NCBI GenBank assembly: GCA_964016885.1
Contig: OZ024741.1
Span: forward strand, 306,466,001 to 306,530,000
Reading direction: 5' to 3'
Source of the DNA: Eledone cirrhosa
Lineage: Eukaryota
Length of the DNA stretch: 64,000 nt
A model generated the notes under the pieces. The model made no database searches. It had not been told where the DNA came from and worked only from the letters and a program-made list of their open reading frames with translations. Both the position numbers and the translations under genes were made by a program. Of the stretch, positions 14,001 through 26,710 are shown piece by piece; positions within the stretch are counted from its first letter, which is position 1; each line of letters starts with the position of its first letter.

Positions 14001-14476
14001 ACCACAGCCGGCTATTCCCAGTGAATGTTTTGGTTGCCGACTCTGTGCAAGACATTTTAGATCATTGGCTGGGCTAAAAAGCCACATTCGATCGCAGCGC
14101 TGTTAGTTGCTATCGTGTGTGTGTGTGTGTGTGTAGATATGCTTATGTGCGTGCGTGTGTGTGTGTATATATATATATGAATATGTATATTATTATTGTT
14201 GTTGTCGTTATTATTATTATTGCTATTATTATTATTATTATTGTTATTAATGTATGTGTGTGTGTATATGTGTGTGTGTATGTGTATGTATGTGTGTATG
14301 TATATATGTATGTATGTATATATGTATATATATTTATATTTCTTTTTTTTTTGGGATTTATTTATTATTATTATTATTACTATTATTATTTTATTTTATT
14401 TTCTTTTATTTATTTATTTATTTTTTTTTTTCTTCTCGTGCAATGGCCATACTCGATAACGAGGGGGCAGCCATCA
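11038..14476 (+). mobile_element. RTE-clade (BovB-like) LINE, near full length, disrupted; APE endonuclease, RT and three C-terminal C2H2 fingers
   Basis: LGCWNVRTL, IVALSETR, LGDFNAR, NYRGISLL, FVDLTKAFD, GVKQG, LLYADD, FVYLGS and three CxxC...H fingers. Has frameshifts, a stop and a ~330-bp deletion near 11610. Confidence 0.95.
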
Positions 14477-14660
14477 TGTATGTATGTATGTATGTATGTA
14501 TGTATGTATGTATGTATGTATGTATGTATGTATGTATGTATGTATGTATGTTATGTATGTATGTATGTATGTATGTATGTGTGTTATGTATGTATGTTAT
14601 GTATGTATGTTATGTATGTATGTATGTTATGTATGTTATGTATGTATGTATGTATGTATG

Positions 14661-17600
14661 TCAGGTCACCAGTTGGTGCTACTGGTAACATGTATCCCAG
14701 TACAACCTGTCTCATGGTCGGGTCATTGGCGACTAAACTGGCAACCCCACCAAGGTTTCTTGGTGAGGAGGGTGACTTTGGACATCCTGCAGGACTAAAA
14801 ACAAAACCTGTCAAATGGCAAAGGAGCTCTTAAGAGTCAATGGCCATCCAAAATCACCGGGAGAGATGACCCCTTAGCCTTTCTCAAGGCAGAATTCTAG
14901 AAAGAAAACTCTGATATAACACCTGCAACCCTGATGGTATCCAATGATATTGACTTGTTCTTCTTTTTGGTAAATATCATCTTGGTTAAGAGAGTGGCAC
15001 TGGCCTTGTGCAGTGCCTTTGCTCACTATAAAAGCTTCACGGCACAGGCTTTGCTTTATATCTGGAGATCTCTCTGCACTTATCGTCACATGGTGCCATG
15101 GGCCCAGCACTATGTGTCAATAATTGTCACAAGTGTAGTGTTTGTACCAGAGTTTTCAAGTCGCTGGCTGGACTAAAAAGTCACATTCGTTCAGCGCATC
15201 GGTAGGGGTTCTCCTACATGGATATAAAGTAGTGGCCGTACTGGAAAACGAGTTGGCAGCCACCATGTATGTATGTATGTTATAAAATAAAGTACCAGTA
15301 ATGCACTGGGATAATTGCTGGCCTTGTGCCAAAAGTAGAAACAATTATTATTATTACCCTTTTTTTTCTTCCCCCAATTCAATGATGTTCCAAAACATTA
15401 TAAAAGAGATAATTGGCAATAAGGGTTCTGGAACAAAAGAGATAATTGGAAATAAGGGCAGGGGCCCCAGGGTATCTCAGCCTGGGCCTGCTTGTCATCG
15501 TGCCACTGTAATAGAGCCAAACAAGGCATTTTATATTGACTGCTGAAATGTACGGACGCTGCTTGACAGGGATTCCTCTGAACGTCCTGAACGAAGGACC
15601 GCTCTTGTTGGAAAGGAGCTTCGACGTTACGATCTTGACATCGTGGCTTTATCTGAGACGAGGTGAGCTGGAGATGGTCATCTTACAGAATTTTGTGGAG
15701 AATATACATTCTTCTGGAAAGAAGAGCTGAAAGAACCAGAAGAGAGGCTGGGGTAGCATTTGCTGTTAAGACTACTCTTGTGGATAAATTAGAAGAATTC
15801 CCAGTGGGGATTAGTGAGCGTCTTATGTCCATGAGAATTCCGCTGGACAAAGGAAGATATGTGACCCTGGTGAGCGATGAAGAAAAAGTGTCTTTCTACC
15901 ATGTCTTGAAAGGTGTTTTAAGAAATATCCCTCAGGCAGTCAAGGTCATCATGCTTGGTGATTTTAATGCTAGAGTGGGTAGGGATTTTAACACATGGAA
16001 TGTAATCGGAAGGTATGAGGTGGGAAAGTGTAACAACAATGGTATGCTCCTGCTGCAGATGTGTGAGCAGCTGGATCTGTGTGTTACCAACACCATGTTC
16101 CAGCAAAAGAACAAATTTAAGACCACATAGCTGCATCCTGCATCTAAGGAATGGCATCTTTTGGACTACGTCCTTGTCAGGATGCGTGACAGACGGGATG
16201 TGCAGTGTGTTCGTGCTCTTCATGGAGCTGAGTGCTGGATGGACCACTGCCTGGTACACGCAAAAGTGAAACTAATCACTAAATGTAAAATCCAGTCTCC
16301 TGGTGTTACCCTGCCTAGGAGATTGAATGCTGCTTGTCTTAGAGATAATAATGTGAAGAGGGCATTGTGAGAAGAGATGCATGTTCAGACTTGGTGAGGA
16401 TTGGCTGACCTTTAAAAAGTCGGTTTATGATGTAAGCAGTGTTTTCTGGGATTGGTGCAGAGAAAATATCAAGACTGGTTTAATGAAAATGATGAACATA
16501 TAGATGATGTGTTGGCTGATAAGAGGCGTGCTCTGCCACACTACTTGGCGGCAAAACCATAGGAGAAGAATATGTTGCATAAGGAACTCAAGGATGTGAA
16601 ATCACGTGTGAGGTGGAGACTTTTTCAGATGAAGGATAAGTGGTGGAGTGAGAAGGCTGATGAGATACAAGCTGAATCAGATTCCAATAACACAAAGCTG
16701 TTGTACAGTCTCTTGCATGAAGTTTATGGACCATCTTATTCTCTGATGACACCGCTTTGCAGCAAGGATGGCAAGAAACTTCTTTGTGACTCACAAGGAA
16801 TTCTGTGAAGGTGGCGAGAGCACTTTGATGAACTTTTGAATCAGCCATCTGTCGTCAATGAAGGTTTCCTCAATCTCATTCCTGAAAAACCTGTGAAAGT
16901 AGCTCTCGCAGAACCACCGACGCTTGTGGGGGTTGCAGTAGCTATCTCGAAGCTAAACAGTGGAAGGTCTCCAGGTATGGATGACATACATGCAGAGCTC
17001 TTACAATATGGGGTGAGAAACTTCTGCGACATCTTCACATTTTGTTTGGCAGGATATGGGCTAGTGAATCCATACCGAAGGACTGGAGAGGTACAGTAAT
17101 GGTGGTCTTGTACAAGTGAAAGGGTAATAAGAATAATTGTGGAAACTACAGAAGTATATCATTGCTTTCTGTCGTAGAAAACCTTTTATGTAGGGTGTTT
17201 CTAGACTGTCTGCTTCACACATTGCACATTGTATTCTTCCTGAAAGTCAATCTGATTTACATGCTGGATGCGGCACTACTGATATGATCTTCTCAACTAG
17301 ACAGCTCCAGCACTTTGAATGCATTTTCTGATGCTTGCACTGCCCTAGGATTGACTGTCAGTCTCAAGAAAACGGTTGTCATGTACCAACCTTCCCCTGG
17401 TAAGCAATACAGTGAGCCAAATATCTATGTGTATGGTAAACGACTTGGAGTGATTGATCAGTTTGTCTACCTGGGAAGCACTGTCAATCGATACAGAAAT
17501 CTTCATAATGAAATTCTACTCAGGATAGGAAAGCAAATGATGCTTTCAGAAAGCTAGAAAGACTCCCCTGGGGTTGACGAGACATATGCAAGAAGACAAA

Positions 17601-18615
17601 GGTAAAGGTGTACAAGGCATGTGTGCTCTCTTCTCTTTTTTATGCCTGCAAGACCTGGGTCATGTATCAACACCACCTTAAACAATTGGAGCCTTTCCAT
17701 CAGATGTGTCTCAGGCGGATCCATGGCATTCACTGGAGGGACCACATCAGTGGTGTCGAGATTTTGGAAAGCTCTCTGTGTGACAGTATAGAAGCTCTTG
17801 TGTTTAAGCAAAGACTCCGATGGAGTGGTGACCTTGTTAGGATGAAGGTTTCTAGAGTACCGAAACAATTTTTTTATGGAGTGTTAGGTAAAGGAAAACA
17901 ACCTTTACATAAACCAAAAAAGAGGTATAAGGATTCATTGAAAGCCTCTTTGAAATACGCTAACATCTCTGCTGATACATGGGAAAATGTAGCTGCTGAT
18001 CGTAATAAATGGAGAAATACTGTATATGAGGGGAAAGTTGCCTTTGAGGCATCTCGAATCGCATACGAGAAAGTAAAAAGGGATGTGAGGAAGGGCATTG
18101 CTGTTGCACTTCCAGACGGCGAGGGTCCTCCTATGGTGCTGTCATGCAGCGTCTGTGCGAGACACTACCTCAGCAAAGCTGGACTCGAAAGTCTTCTTCA
18201 CAGTCATAAAGTAAGACCAGTGGTTGACTACCAGGTTGCTGATGGAGATGCTACTCATCATGCCTGCCAAGCATGTGGTAGAGAATGTAAATCAGCAGGA
18301 GGGCTCAAGCGACATGCAAAAGTACATGAACTCCAGCTATAGCTGGCTACTACCAGTGAATGTTTTGGTTTCCAACTCTGTGCAAGACATTTTAGATCAT
18401 TGGCTGGGCTAAAAAGCCACATTCGATTGCAGCACTGTTAATTGTTATTGTGTGTGTGTATGTGTATATGTATATATAGATATGTATAAGTGTGTGTGTA
18501 TATATATATATATATTTTTTAAATTATTATTATTATTATTATTATTATTATTGTCGTTATTATGTTATTTTTTTCTTGCAATGACTATACTCGATAATGA
18601 GGGGGCAGCCATCAG
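14661..18615 (+). mobile_element. Second, more degenerate copy of the same RTE unit (5'-UTR piece, cassette, LINE body ~15460-18615)
   Basis: Colinear with 10600-14476. The RT core is deleted near 17310 and there are many stops. Confidence 0.9.
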
Positions 18616-18823
18616 GTATATGTATATATGTATGTATATATGTATGTATGTATGTATGTGTATATGTATGTATGTTATGTATATATGTATGTATATATGT
18701 ATGTATGTATGTGTATATGTATGTATGTTTAGTATATATGTATGTATGTATGTATTTTGTAGTCCTTCGTCGCTGACCCGGTGAGCCAGAATGATGAAAT
18801 GCTATGTTGTAGTACTTACTAAC

Positions 18824-18997
18824 CATTGCATGATTTTTTAGTACAGATTACTTTTCCTAGAAGCGAACACCCACATAAATTACAGCCATCGCCTGCATGA
18901 AAGATTCTTCCAAATCTGTAGTATGCCCCTTCATATTTGCAGTAAACGACAGACGTTACAACAGGAATTGCAATAGTAGTAGTTTGAGACGTATATC
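18824..18997 (-). CDS. Internal exon (3rd seen), pacifastin/VWC-like module; absent from the ORF track
   Basis: Translated by hand. tattattattcAG|GA TAT... to ...AAT G|GTTAGT. 174 nt, phase 1-1. Encodes YTSQTTTIAIPVVTSVVYCKYEGAYYRFGRIFHAGDGCNLCGCSLLGKVICTKKSCN. Confidence 0.85.
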
Positions 18998-19024
18998 CTG
19001 AATAATAATAATAATATGAATAAT

Positions 19025-19415
19025 AATAATGGTTTCTTTATTGGCCACAAGGGCTAACATGAAGAAAAACATTACAGAACAATACAAAGTGGGTTTTGGC
19101 CGTGTAAAAAGGTTATAAGAAAATAGAAATGTGTAAAATCAAATTCAAAAATTCAAACAACAAAAATTCCCCAATAGTGGGTGTAAACTCTGAGGGTCAC
19201 TCGTGGCGAAAACCACACAAAAGACCATGGCCACCCTGACCACCAGGGCAAGCGCTCTCTCTCAGTTCTCCCACTCCTCAGTCTACTGGTGCATACTCAG
19301 AGCGGGCCAGTTCATTCGGACCAGACTTGCCACTTTCACCCACCTTTCAACAAACTTACTTGAAGACAGCACTTGCCTCTCACCCTGATTTTCTTCTACA
19401 AGTGAAATTTAAAAA
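19025..19415 (-). mobile_element. Tx1/L1-like LINE 3'-end fragment
   Basis: Degenerate FKFHL-KKIRV terminus, then a 3' UTR with AATAAAG and a (TTA)n tail. Confidence 0.45.
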
Positions 19416-19419
19416 AGTT

Positions 19420-19780
19420 AATTGAAAAGGAGAAATATCTTTACTGAATGAGCTAATCACTGGAAATGATGTAAGATCCAGGAAGGGAAGAAAGCTAAAA
19501 AGAAAATATGGACTTTCTTCTAGAGAAGTACTAATATCAACAAAGGAAACTCTGAAACAAAAAGTATATTCCTATATTCAAGAAACAAAAGTAAATTCGT
19601 ATATTCAAGAAGTGAAACAACTTCTACAGGCAAAATAAGTTGTTCTCATACAATGTCAAGTCATTTTATAGAGAAATAGGGAGGGAGAAAATAATTATTG
19701 AAGACCCTCCTTCCATGGAAGAAGTTGAAATTTTTTGGAGAAAGATTTGGAGTGATGAGAAGTCATATAATGCTGATGAC
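19420..19780 (+). mobile_element. R4/Dong-like fragment (region upstream of RT)
   Basis: Encodes YRQNKLFSYNVKSFYREIGREKIIIEDPPSMEEVEIFWRKIWSDEKSYN. Confidence 0.65.
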
Positions 19781-20009
19781 ACTTCCATGTCTGCAGAGTT
19801 TATTGAGGACTGACAAAGCTCCCTGGTAGCACTGCCAGGCCAGGGATTTCTGGAAATTGACCATGGACTCTGAACCAAAAGACATCCCGAAAAGAGTGAC
19901 TAGTTGATTTTCATCAACACTGACAGTTTCCCCAAGAACAACGTTGCTCTCATTGTCCACTAATGAGAGCGATGTATGGGTTTTTCATGTAAACAAGTTT
20001 AACAATAAT

Positions 20010-20194
20010 TGTTTCTACTTTTAGCACGAGGCCAGCAATTATCCAGTGCATTACTGGTACTTTATTTTATCGACCTCGTAAGGATGAAAGGCAAAGTTAA
20101 CCTCGACGGGATTTGAACTCAGACCGTAAAGGGACCTAACTATGCTGCAAAGCATGGCGTCTGACCCTCTACCGATACTGCCAATTCACCGCCC
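20010..20194 (-). mobile_element. tRNA-derived SINE with a Nin/Deu-like central domain; copies at 38389-38578(-) and 56596-56775(+), fragments near 2085-2170, 15283-15345 and 39078-39115
   Basis: A box TGGCAGTATCGG, B box GAGTTCAAATCC, and body GCCTTTCATCCTTACGAGGTCGATAAAATAAAGTACCAG. Confidence 0.85.
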
Positions 20195-20589
20195 TTTTAA
20201 CAATAATAAAAGTTTAACAATAATAAAAAAAAGGTAACAATAAAAATTCTAACAATGGGAATTCTTTAATAGGGAGTAGGCATTTAAGGACTGCTCATGA
20301 TAAGATTTCCATAAAACCATAGATGGTTTTGTTGCCCTACATGCATCTTGGACAGGCCCTGCTCATGGCACTTCCATGCCTGTAGAGTTTATCCTAAACT
20401 GGCAAAGCTCCCCAGTAGCACTGCTAGGCCAGGGATTTCTGGATATTATCTATGGGTCCTGGAAAGAGTTGGTTGTTGATTTTTGTAGATGCCCAGAGTT
20501 TCCCCAGAAATACCGTCAATTTTACCCACTAATCCTCTATAGATCACCAAGGTGGAGTTTCCACCAATCATACTGTTTGATTAGTAAAG

Positions 20590-21085
20590 GGCTGTAAGCA
20601 CTTGAAGGCATTCCAGCTTCCAAGCCTTGGTCTCTGCTTGACCCATGACAGCAGCTCCATCAAGGTGATGAGCTGGGGAAACCTGTGTTTAGTGAACGGT
20701 GACCACCATAGCCTCAGCGCATGTTTGCGCATCATCAGCCACAGCATTCCCAGCATTCTCCATGCAGCAGGCGTTGATAGCAAATGGACTGGCTGACCAT
20801 TGGAATGCATCCCTTCCACAAGAAGCAAAAGAGCAAACACTCCGGAGCAGTCAGACAAGAGATTAGAACAAGGCACTATTATTAGGCAGTAGTAGATGAC
20901 GGATGTGATGTATGCGTTCACCACCTCTGCCCAACCTTTCAGGGACAGTTTCCTCTTGGCCCATTTTTGGGAGAAAGTGGCCACCTTGTTTGTCACCTAA
21001 TTGCAGTTTTTGTTCATCTGGTGGTCTGGAGTAAATCAGACCCTAAGCAATTTAACCAATCCAGCTGTCCAGTGCCCAACGATGC
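20590..21085 (-). mobile_element. Tx1/L1-like LINE fragment (post-RT region)
   Basis: Encodes KWAKRKLSLKGWAEVVNAYITSVIYY, typical of Tx1/L1 ORF2 after the RT domain. Confidence 0.7.
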
Positions 21086-24000
21086 TGTTGTAGCAAAATA
21101 TTGCACCACATAACAGCATATATTCACATTCTCAAATTATGCATGTTTGATAGGAACATAGCGCAGCATCAGTAATGCTGATCTGATGAGCAATCAGATA
21201 TCATTTTATCCACTTTGGCAGCAACTACTCCTGCTTAACGCTTGCCGCTGAGTATCTAATGCTCTAGGCTGGCCCTATAATGTGCACTTTTTTTCTTACT
21301 TATTCGTTCCATTCTCTCAAATAAAATAATTACAACTTACACTTTGGTAAACTCACAAACCTAGTTTATGACACTTCTTACTCTGACAACACTAAGACAG
21401 TTATCAAGTCAGCATTTTCTGCTACACAGTCCACTCTTACATATGTCTAATCAGTTGACAAGTCATAAAGCTATACATCCCCTTCACCGTGATTTATTGA
21501 TTGATCACAGGAAATTATATATTTAATTTAATTATACAAATTTGTATAAAACTGTGATTCTTTAAGGTTCAGTAATGCACCACCCTTTAGTCTGCACCCT
21601 TGACAGCTTGCTGTTAGCTTCAACTGTATTGCTGTTTCTGCTGGAAATCAATCTCTACCATAGGGATTGATCCCTATTAACCACAAATTTGTCTAATTCT
21701 GTGATCCTTTAAAGTTCAGTAAGGCTCAGTAATATACCTCTCTGGGGTCTGGACCCTAGGCAGATGCCTAGTTATCCTAATGGGGGCACTAGCCCTGGAG
21801 AGAATGTAACAGCAGAAACGAAAAGCAATCCCGCCAATCCCTTGAGCAATCAATTGGCTGTTATCTTACCAGCATTGCCAGTGACTGTTTCTGTCAACAA
21901 CATGGCTATGAATTACGTTGTTGAACAAACATTCAACTAATGGCGGAATTTGAATTATTTGGTAGCCAGTAGGTGAAGCCTATTTTCCAGTATAAGTTGG
22001 TAACATTTCTCACTTGAATAGCAGTTAATTAATTAGAATATCAGGAATAAATGTTTGCTCAGCTAAATCATCTTTCACGCAAACAAAAGTTTCCATATTG
22101 ACACTACTCAGACACCCATTTGCGCTTCAGCTTAAAATAAACTCTTTCTTTTCTACCTTTCTTTAATAAAACTAAATATTATCTTTTTATTTGGAATAAA
22201 ATAAATAAACAGAAACCCCCTCATCATCTTCCTCCTCCTCTTTTCAGAAACACACACACACACAAATCTGCACCCACATACAAACCCACTCACCTTGCAT
22301 GTATACATACAAACCCACCCACATCACACACACGTGTGCATATCCACACAAACCCATTCATCCTCACCCTACCACTACCACTACCCCACCTCATACATAG
22401 ACAATCCCTATCTCATTCCCCCACACCCATCTCACACATGCATACACACACACACACACAAACCAACTCAACCTCACCCCACCTCATTCAAATGCACATA
22501 CACACACACACAAACACACAACCCCCATACACACGTAATCTCACCCCCACCTCCCCAACCACTCCTTTATTACTCCCCTTCTTTCTCTCTCATTCTTAAG
22601 CCAATGTTTGTCAAAGTAAATGAAAATATTTATGAGTTGAACTAACTGGAATCAATATGATGTATTTCCACTTCAGATATCGTGATTTACAGATTAATTA
22701 CAACTACAGAGTGACGCCATGAAATGTTACATAATAAATGTTGATTTGTTAACATATAGCAAGGACCACTCTACTGCTTGTAAATGGTTGGGTCGGGTTA
22801 ATAAAAATAAAAATAAGCACACATATGAACACAATATATTGACATAATAATCTATTTGTGGTCTTGTGGTTAGATAATTAACTCTGTATCATCATCATCA
22901 TCATTCAGCTGTAGTTAGCAGACATCCACAATCCTCCACCATCCTTTAAAGCTTCTGTAATTAATTGTAGTCCAATGACCAGCTGATTAGCCCCAGTCAT
23001 CAATGGGATTTAAATTCCTAGGTGGAACTCAGATTGCAAATTGTCAAAACAGGCACCACAGGGCAACTTGTTCAACATTTTAGCATTTCAACTGAGGACA
23101 GTTGCTTCAGACAGGTCCCATTGGGAGAGGCATGCTTAAGGAGACTTTCCCCACAACCCTCCCATGAACAAGTAGACAAAGAAGATCTCTTTTTTGTCAA
23201 ACCACAGAACATGAACACAGACTCAAAGGTACATGCACACACACACTTGCAGTTTCTGCCTACCAAAATCCTGTCACAAAGCATTGGTCAACCCAAGGCT
23301 ATAGTAAAATTTGTATGACCTGCCTAAGGTTCTGTGCAGAGGCACTGAATCCAGAACCACCTGGTTGTGAAGTGATCACCTTAACCAAACAGCTATTCCT
23401 GTGCAGATCATCCAGTAATGTTATCTAGAATAGACTGGTGTTCAATCACCCCCCACACACACACCTAAAAAAAAAAATGAATTTCTCATTCACATAACAC
23501 CATGAACCTGGAATCAATTTTCAGAACTTAAAAGCCTCTTGGACGTAAAGATGCTTTTGTATTTTACACTCTGTGTTATGACATCAACAAAGAATTCAAA
23601 ATATCCATTTAATGATTAAAAAGTTTGCTTCACAATTATTATATCCCATTCTGTTGATCAAACAACTAAAACACACATAATCAAAATTGATGGAAGTCCT
23701 TTCCAATCAATAATTATGAAACTACAAACCAAAGTTTTAAACAGTATTCTGCAATAATGTCACTTTGACGAATCAAATAAAGGATAAAAACAAAGAAAAA
23801 CAGACCCTAAAATATATTTTCCATGCAAGAAGAAAGCAATGAATCAGTAACAAGAAGAAGAAGGCAGGGAATGAAAGCTTTGTTGGTGCATATGACTCTG
23901 TATACAGAGCTAGCACTCCTACTTCTCCCGGTTGTGTGACCCATTATCATAAATAAAATAATTTCAACTTATAGCTTGGTGAACGTCTGAACCTAGTTTT

Positions 24001-24299
24001 TGACATGTCTTGCCCTAACCAAACTGATCTTTCAGGAAAATCAATTGCTGTTGAGGCGAAGGGTGCGAAAGTATTTTCTGTCTCTGAAGAGGAAGGCCAA
24101 AGTTTGTGATACAATCTTTGTTGTATTGGATATGTGTGTTTGCCAAGAAAGAGTCTCTGCTGCAGCATAACATTTGTAGCAACATTGCATGCATGTTTAG
24201 GTGTAGAGCATGATAATCTTTTGGGATGTGTGGCAGATCATGACATCATACAACCATCTCCACCTAGGTGCAAATGTACAAACAAAAAAAATGATTTAC

Positions 24300-24452
24300 C
24301 TTTCTTAGAACAAGGTGTGTTATCACAGAGGATGTGTTGCTCTTTAGTGCATGTGCATCTATTACAACCACCAGATTCCGTAAATTCTGAACCAATAGCA
24401 TGGAGAGTTCCCAGATGATCACAAAAATTTCCAGGCTTTTTGGTGGTTGAAA
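24300..24452 (-). CDS. Internal exon (2nd seen), pacifastin/VWC-like module
   Basis: tctctttcttctgtttAG|TT TCA... to ...AAA G|GTAAAT. 153 nt, phase 1-1. Encodes STTKKPGNFCDHLGTLHAIGSEFTESGGCNRCTCTKEQHILCDNTPCSKK. Confidence 0.85.
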
Positions 24453-24530
24453 CTAAACAGAAGAAAGAGAAAGTCAACAAATTCATTTTTCAATAGTCAC
24501 CCCCCCTCTCTCTCCACTTCCAACAAGTGT

Positions 24531-24607
<77 letters not shown>

Positions 24608-24758
24608 AGAATTAAAATACTAGAGTGTGTTGGAGTTAAACACCCTCTTCATATTATAGAAATGACAGTATAAGATATAGCTCAATGTAATTAAACAGAG
24701 CCGAAGAATTATAAAAAATAAACCAAAGAAGCCTTCAATACATCAAAAGTCTTTATTA

Positions 24759-24796
24759 GCCAACAATGTTTCGTCCTATTAAGGACTCATCAGGGC
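24759..24796 (-). ncRNA. Type I minimal hammerhead ribozyme (Penelope pLTR-type)
   Basis: GCC CUGAUGA GUCCU-UAAU-AGGAC GAAA C-AUU-G UU GGC, followed directly by AAUAAA. Confidence 0.85.
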
Positions 24797-25025
24797 AAGT
24801 AAAGCTACAAGAAGCACTATCGGCTAATACAAGCCAAAAACTCAGAAGAATATGGAGTATACATCTATTAAAGCTTAGGAAAGATATCAAGGAAAAGTTG
24901 GCTAAGATTAAGAGTGAGCAGTTACAAACATAGATATAGACCAAATAGCAAGGAGGTGATTAACATGTTGACCCACATTGCAAATATTGTATAATGCAAA
25001 AACTTGAAACACAAATGGTAATATA

Positions 25026-26710
25026 TCATCATCATCATCATCATCATCAACGTTTAACGTCCGTGTTCCACGCTTGCATGGGTTTGGATGGGGGTATTCC
25101 CACTTGAGGCAAGAGTGATTGTCTTGCTCGCATAGGACTGTCTGGCAGGTTTTCTACAGTTGGATGCCCTTCCTAACACCAACCACATTTACAGTGTGGG
25201 TCTGGGAGGTTTTTACCGTGTTGCCTACACGGCCACATTACAGCGTGGACTGTGTGTTTTTTTGTCGTGACACCTACACGATCTCATTTGTTTCGGCCTG
25301 GATGGTGTGGCACCAACATAACTTTACATAGAACGGGGTGGTGTGGATAGGGTGGGGGTGGTGGGACGGGGTGTATTTTGTTAGAGATGCCTACTGGCTG
25401 TAGTAGGTTTTACTATGTCTTTAGGTAAGGCGGGTCTTCTCTGTTACTGAGTACCGCCAAAGGTCTCGGTCCAGTGACATTGTCTTGGAGAGGTGTAAGT
25501 GTGTGAGGTCGGAGTTTATCAGCTCGTCCCAGGTTTTTCTAGGTCTGCCTATTCCGTGGCTACCGTCTATCTTTATTGCCCTGCACTTTGTTATACAGCT
25601 ATCGACTTTCATGCGCATCACGTGTCCATACCAACGTAGCCTTCTCTCGAGTAAACAACATCTGATCCCTCTTATTTCTAATTTTTTCCTTAGTTCGTTT
25701 ATGCTTTGCCGTTCACGTATATTACTATTACACATCCAGCGGAGCATGCAAGCTTCGTTCCTCTCTAGTCTGCGTATATCCTCTGCACACAATGCCCAGG
25801 ACTCACTGCCATGCAACATTGCTGTTCGTATGCAGGCATCATACAACCTGCCTTTCATTTTTAGGGAGAACCCTTTAGCGGCTAATAGTGGTATAAGCTC
25901 TCTGAACTTTTTCCATCCAGTTCTGACTCTACCTACTGTACTTTCAGAGCACCCTCCCCCACTGCTGATTTTGTCACCCAGGTAACGGAAGCTGTCCACT
26001 ATTTCTATAGAGCCCTCTGCGCAGTTGTAAGAGCTAGTATTTTGTGGGCACTTGCTGCTACTTATTGCACCAGAGCACCGGCCACATGTAAAATCTATGT
26101 TCTTAGTTAGCTTACCTGTGATCCCACTACATCTTTTATGCACCCATACTTTGCATTTGGGACATAAAATGGAGTTTCTACCTACGCCTTTCCTACACAC
26201 TGAGCATGGCCATTTCCCGGAAGGGACCGCCGCCTTATTTTCTTTCTTACAAACTAGAACTTTAGTCTTAGCCAGGTTAATTTTAAGGCCTTTTGATTCT
26301 AGGCTGTGCTTCCATGTTTGGAATTTCTTCTCTAGCTCGGCCATTGATTCAGCTATGAGTGTCAGGTCGTCTGCGTATAGGAGTTCCCATGGGCAGCCGG
26401 TCTTGAACTCCTCTGTTATAGCCTGAAGGGCAATAATAAATAGTAGGGGGCTGAGAACAGAGCCCTGATGGACGCCAACTTTTACGCTAAACTCTTCACT
26501 ATATTCGTTGTTAATTCTAACCTTGCTGACTGTTTCTTTATACATGGCTTGTATAGCTCTCACGAGCCATTCGTCGACACCTAGTTTTCTAAGGGCCCAC
26601 CAGATAATGGAACGGGGGACTCTGTCGAAGGCTTTCTCCAAGTCGACAAAAGCTAAGTTAAGGGGTTTACCTTTAGCTAGGTACTTCTCCTGTAGTTGTC
26701 GTACAATGAA
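25026..26710 (-). mobile_element. RTE-clade LINE (PHD-in-RT family), 5'-truncated, (GAT)n tail
   Basis: Open ORF with FVDLEKAFD, GVHQG, LLYADD and FRYLG. Both ends lie in TA-rich repeats. Confidence 0.95.

Noticed and set aside
6297-18826. Many ORFs rich in MYVC/YIHT repeats, and YIYI ORFs at 37.5-37.9 kb and 51.1-51.9 kb
   Set aside because: They are translations of (ATGT)n, (TA)n and (CA)n microsatellites.
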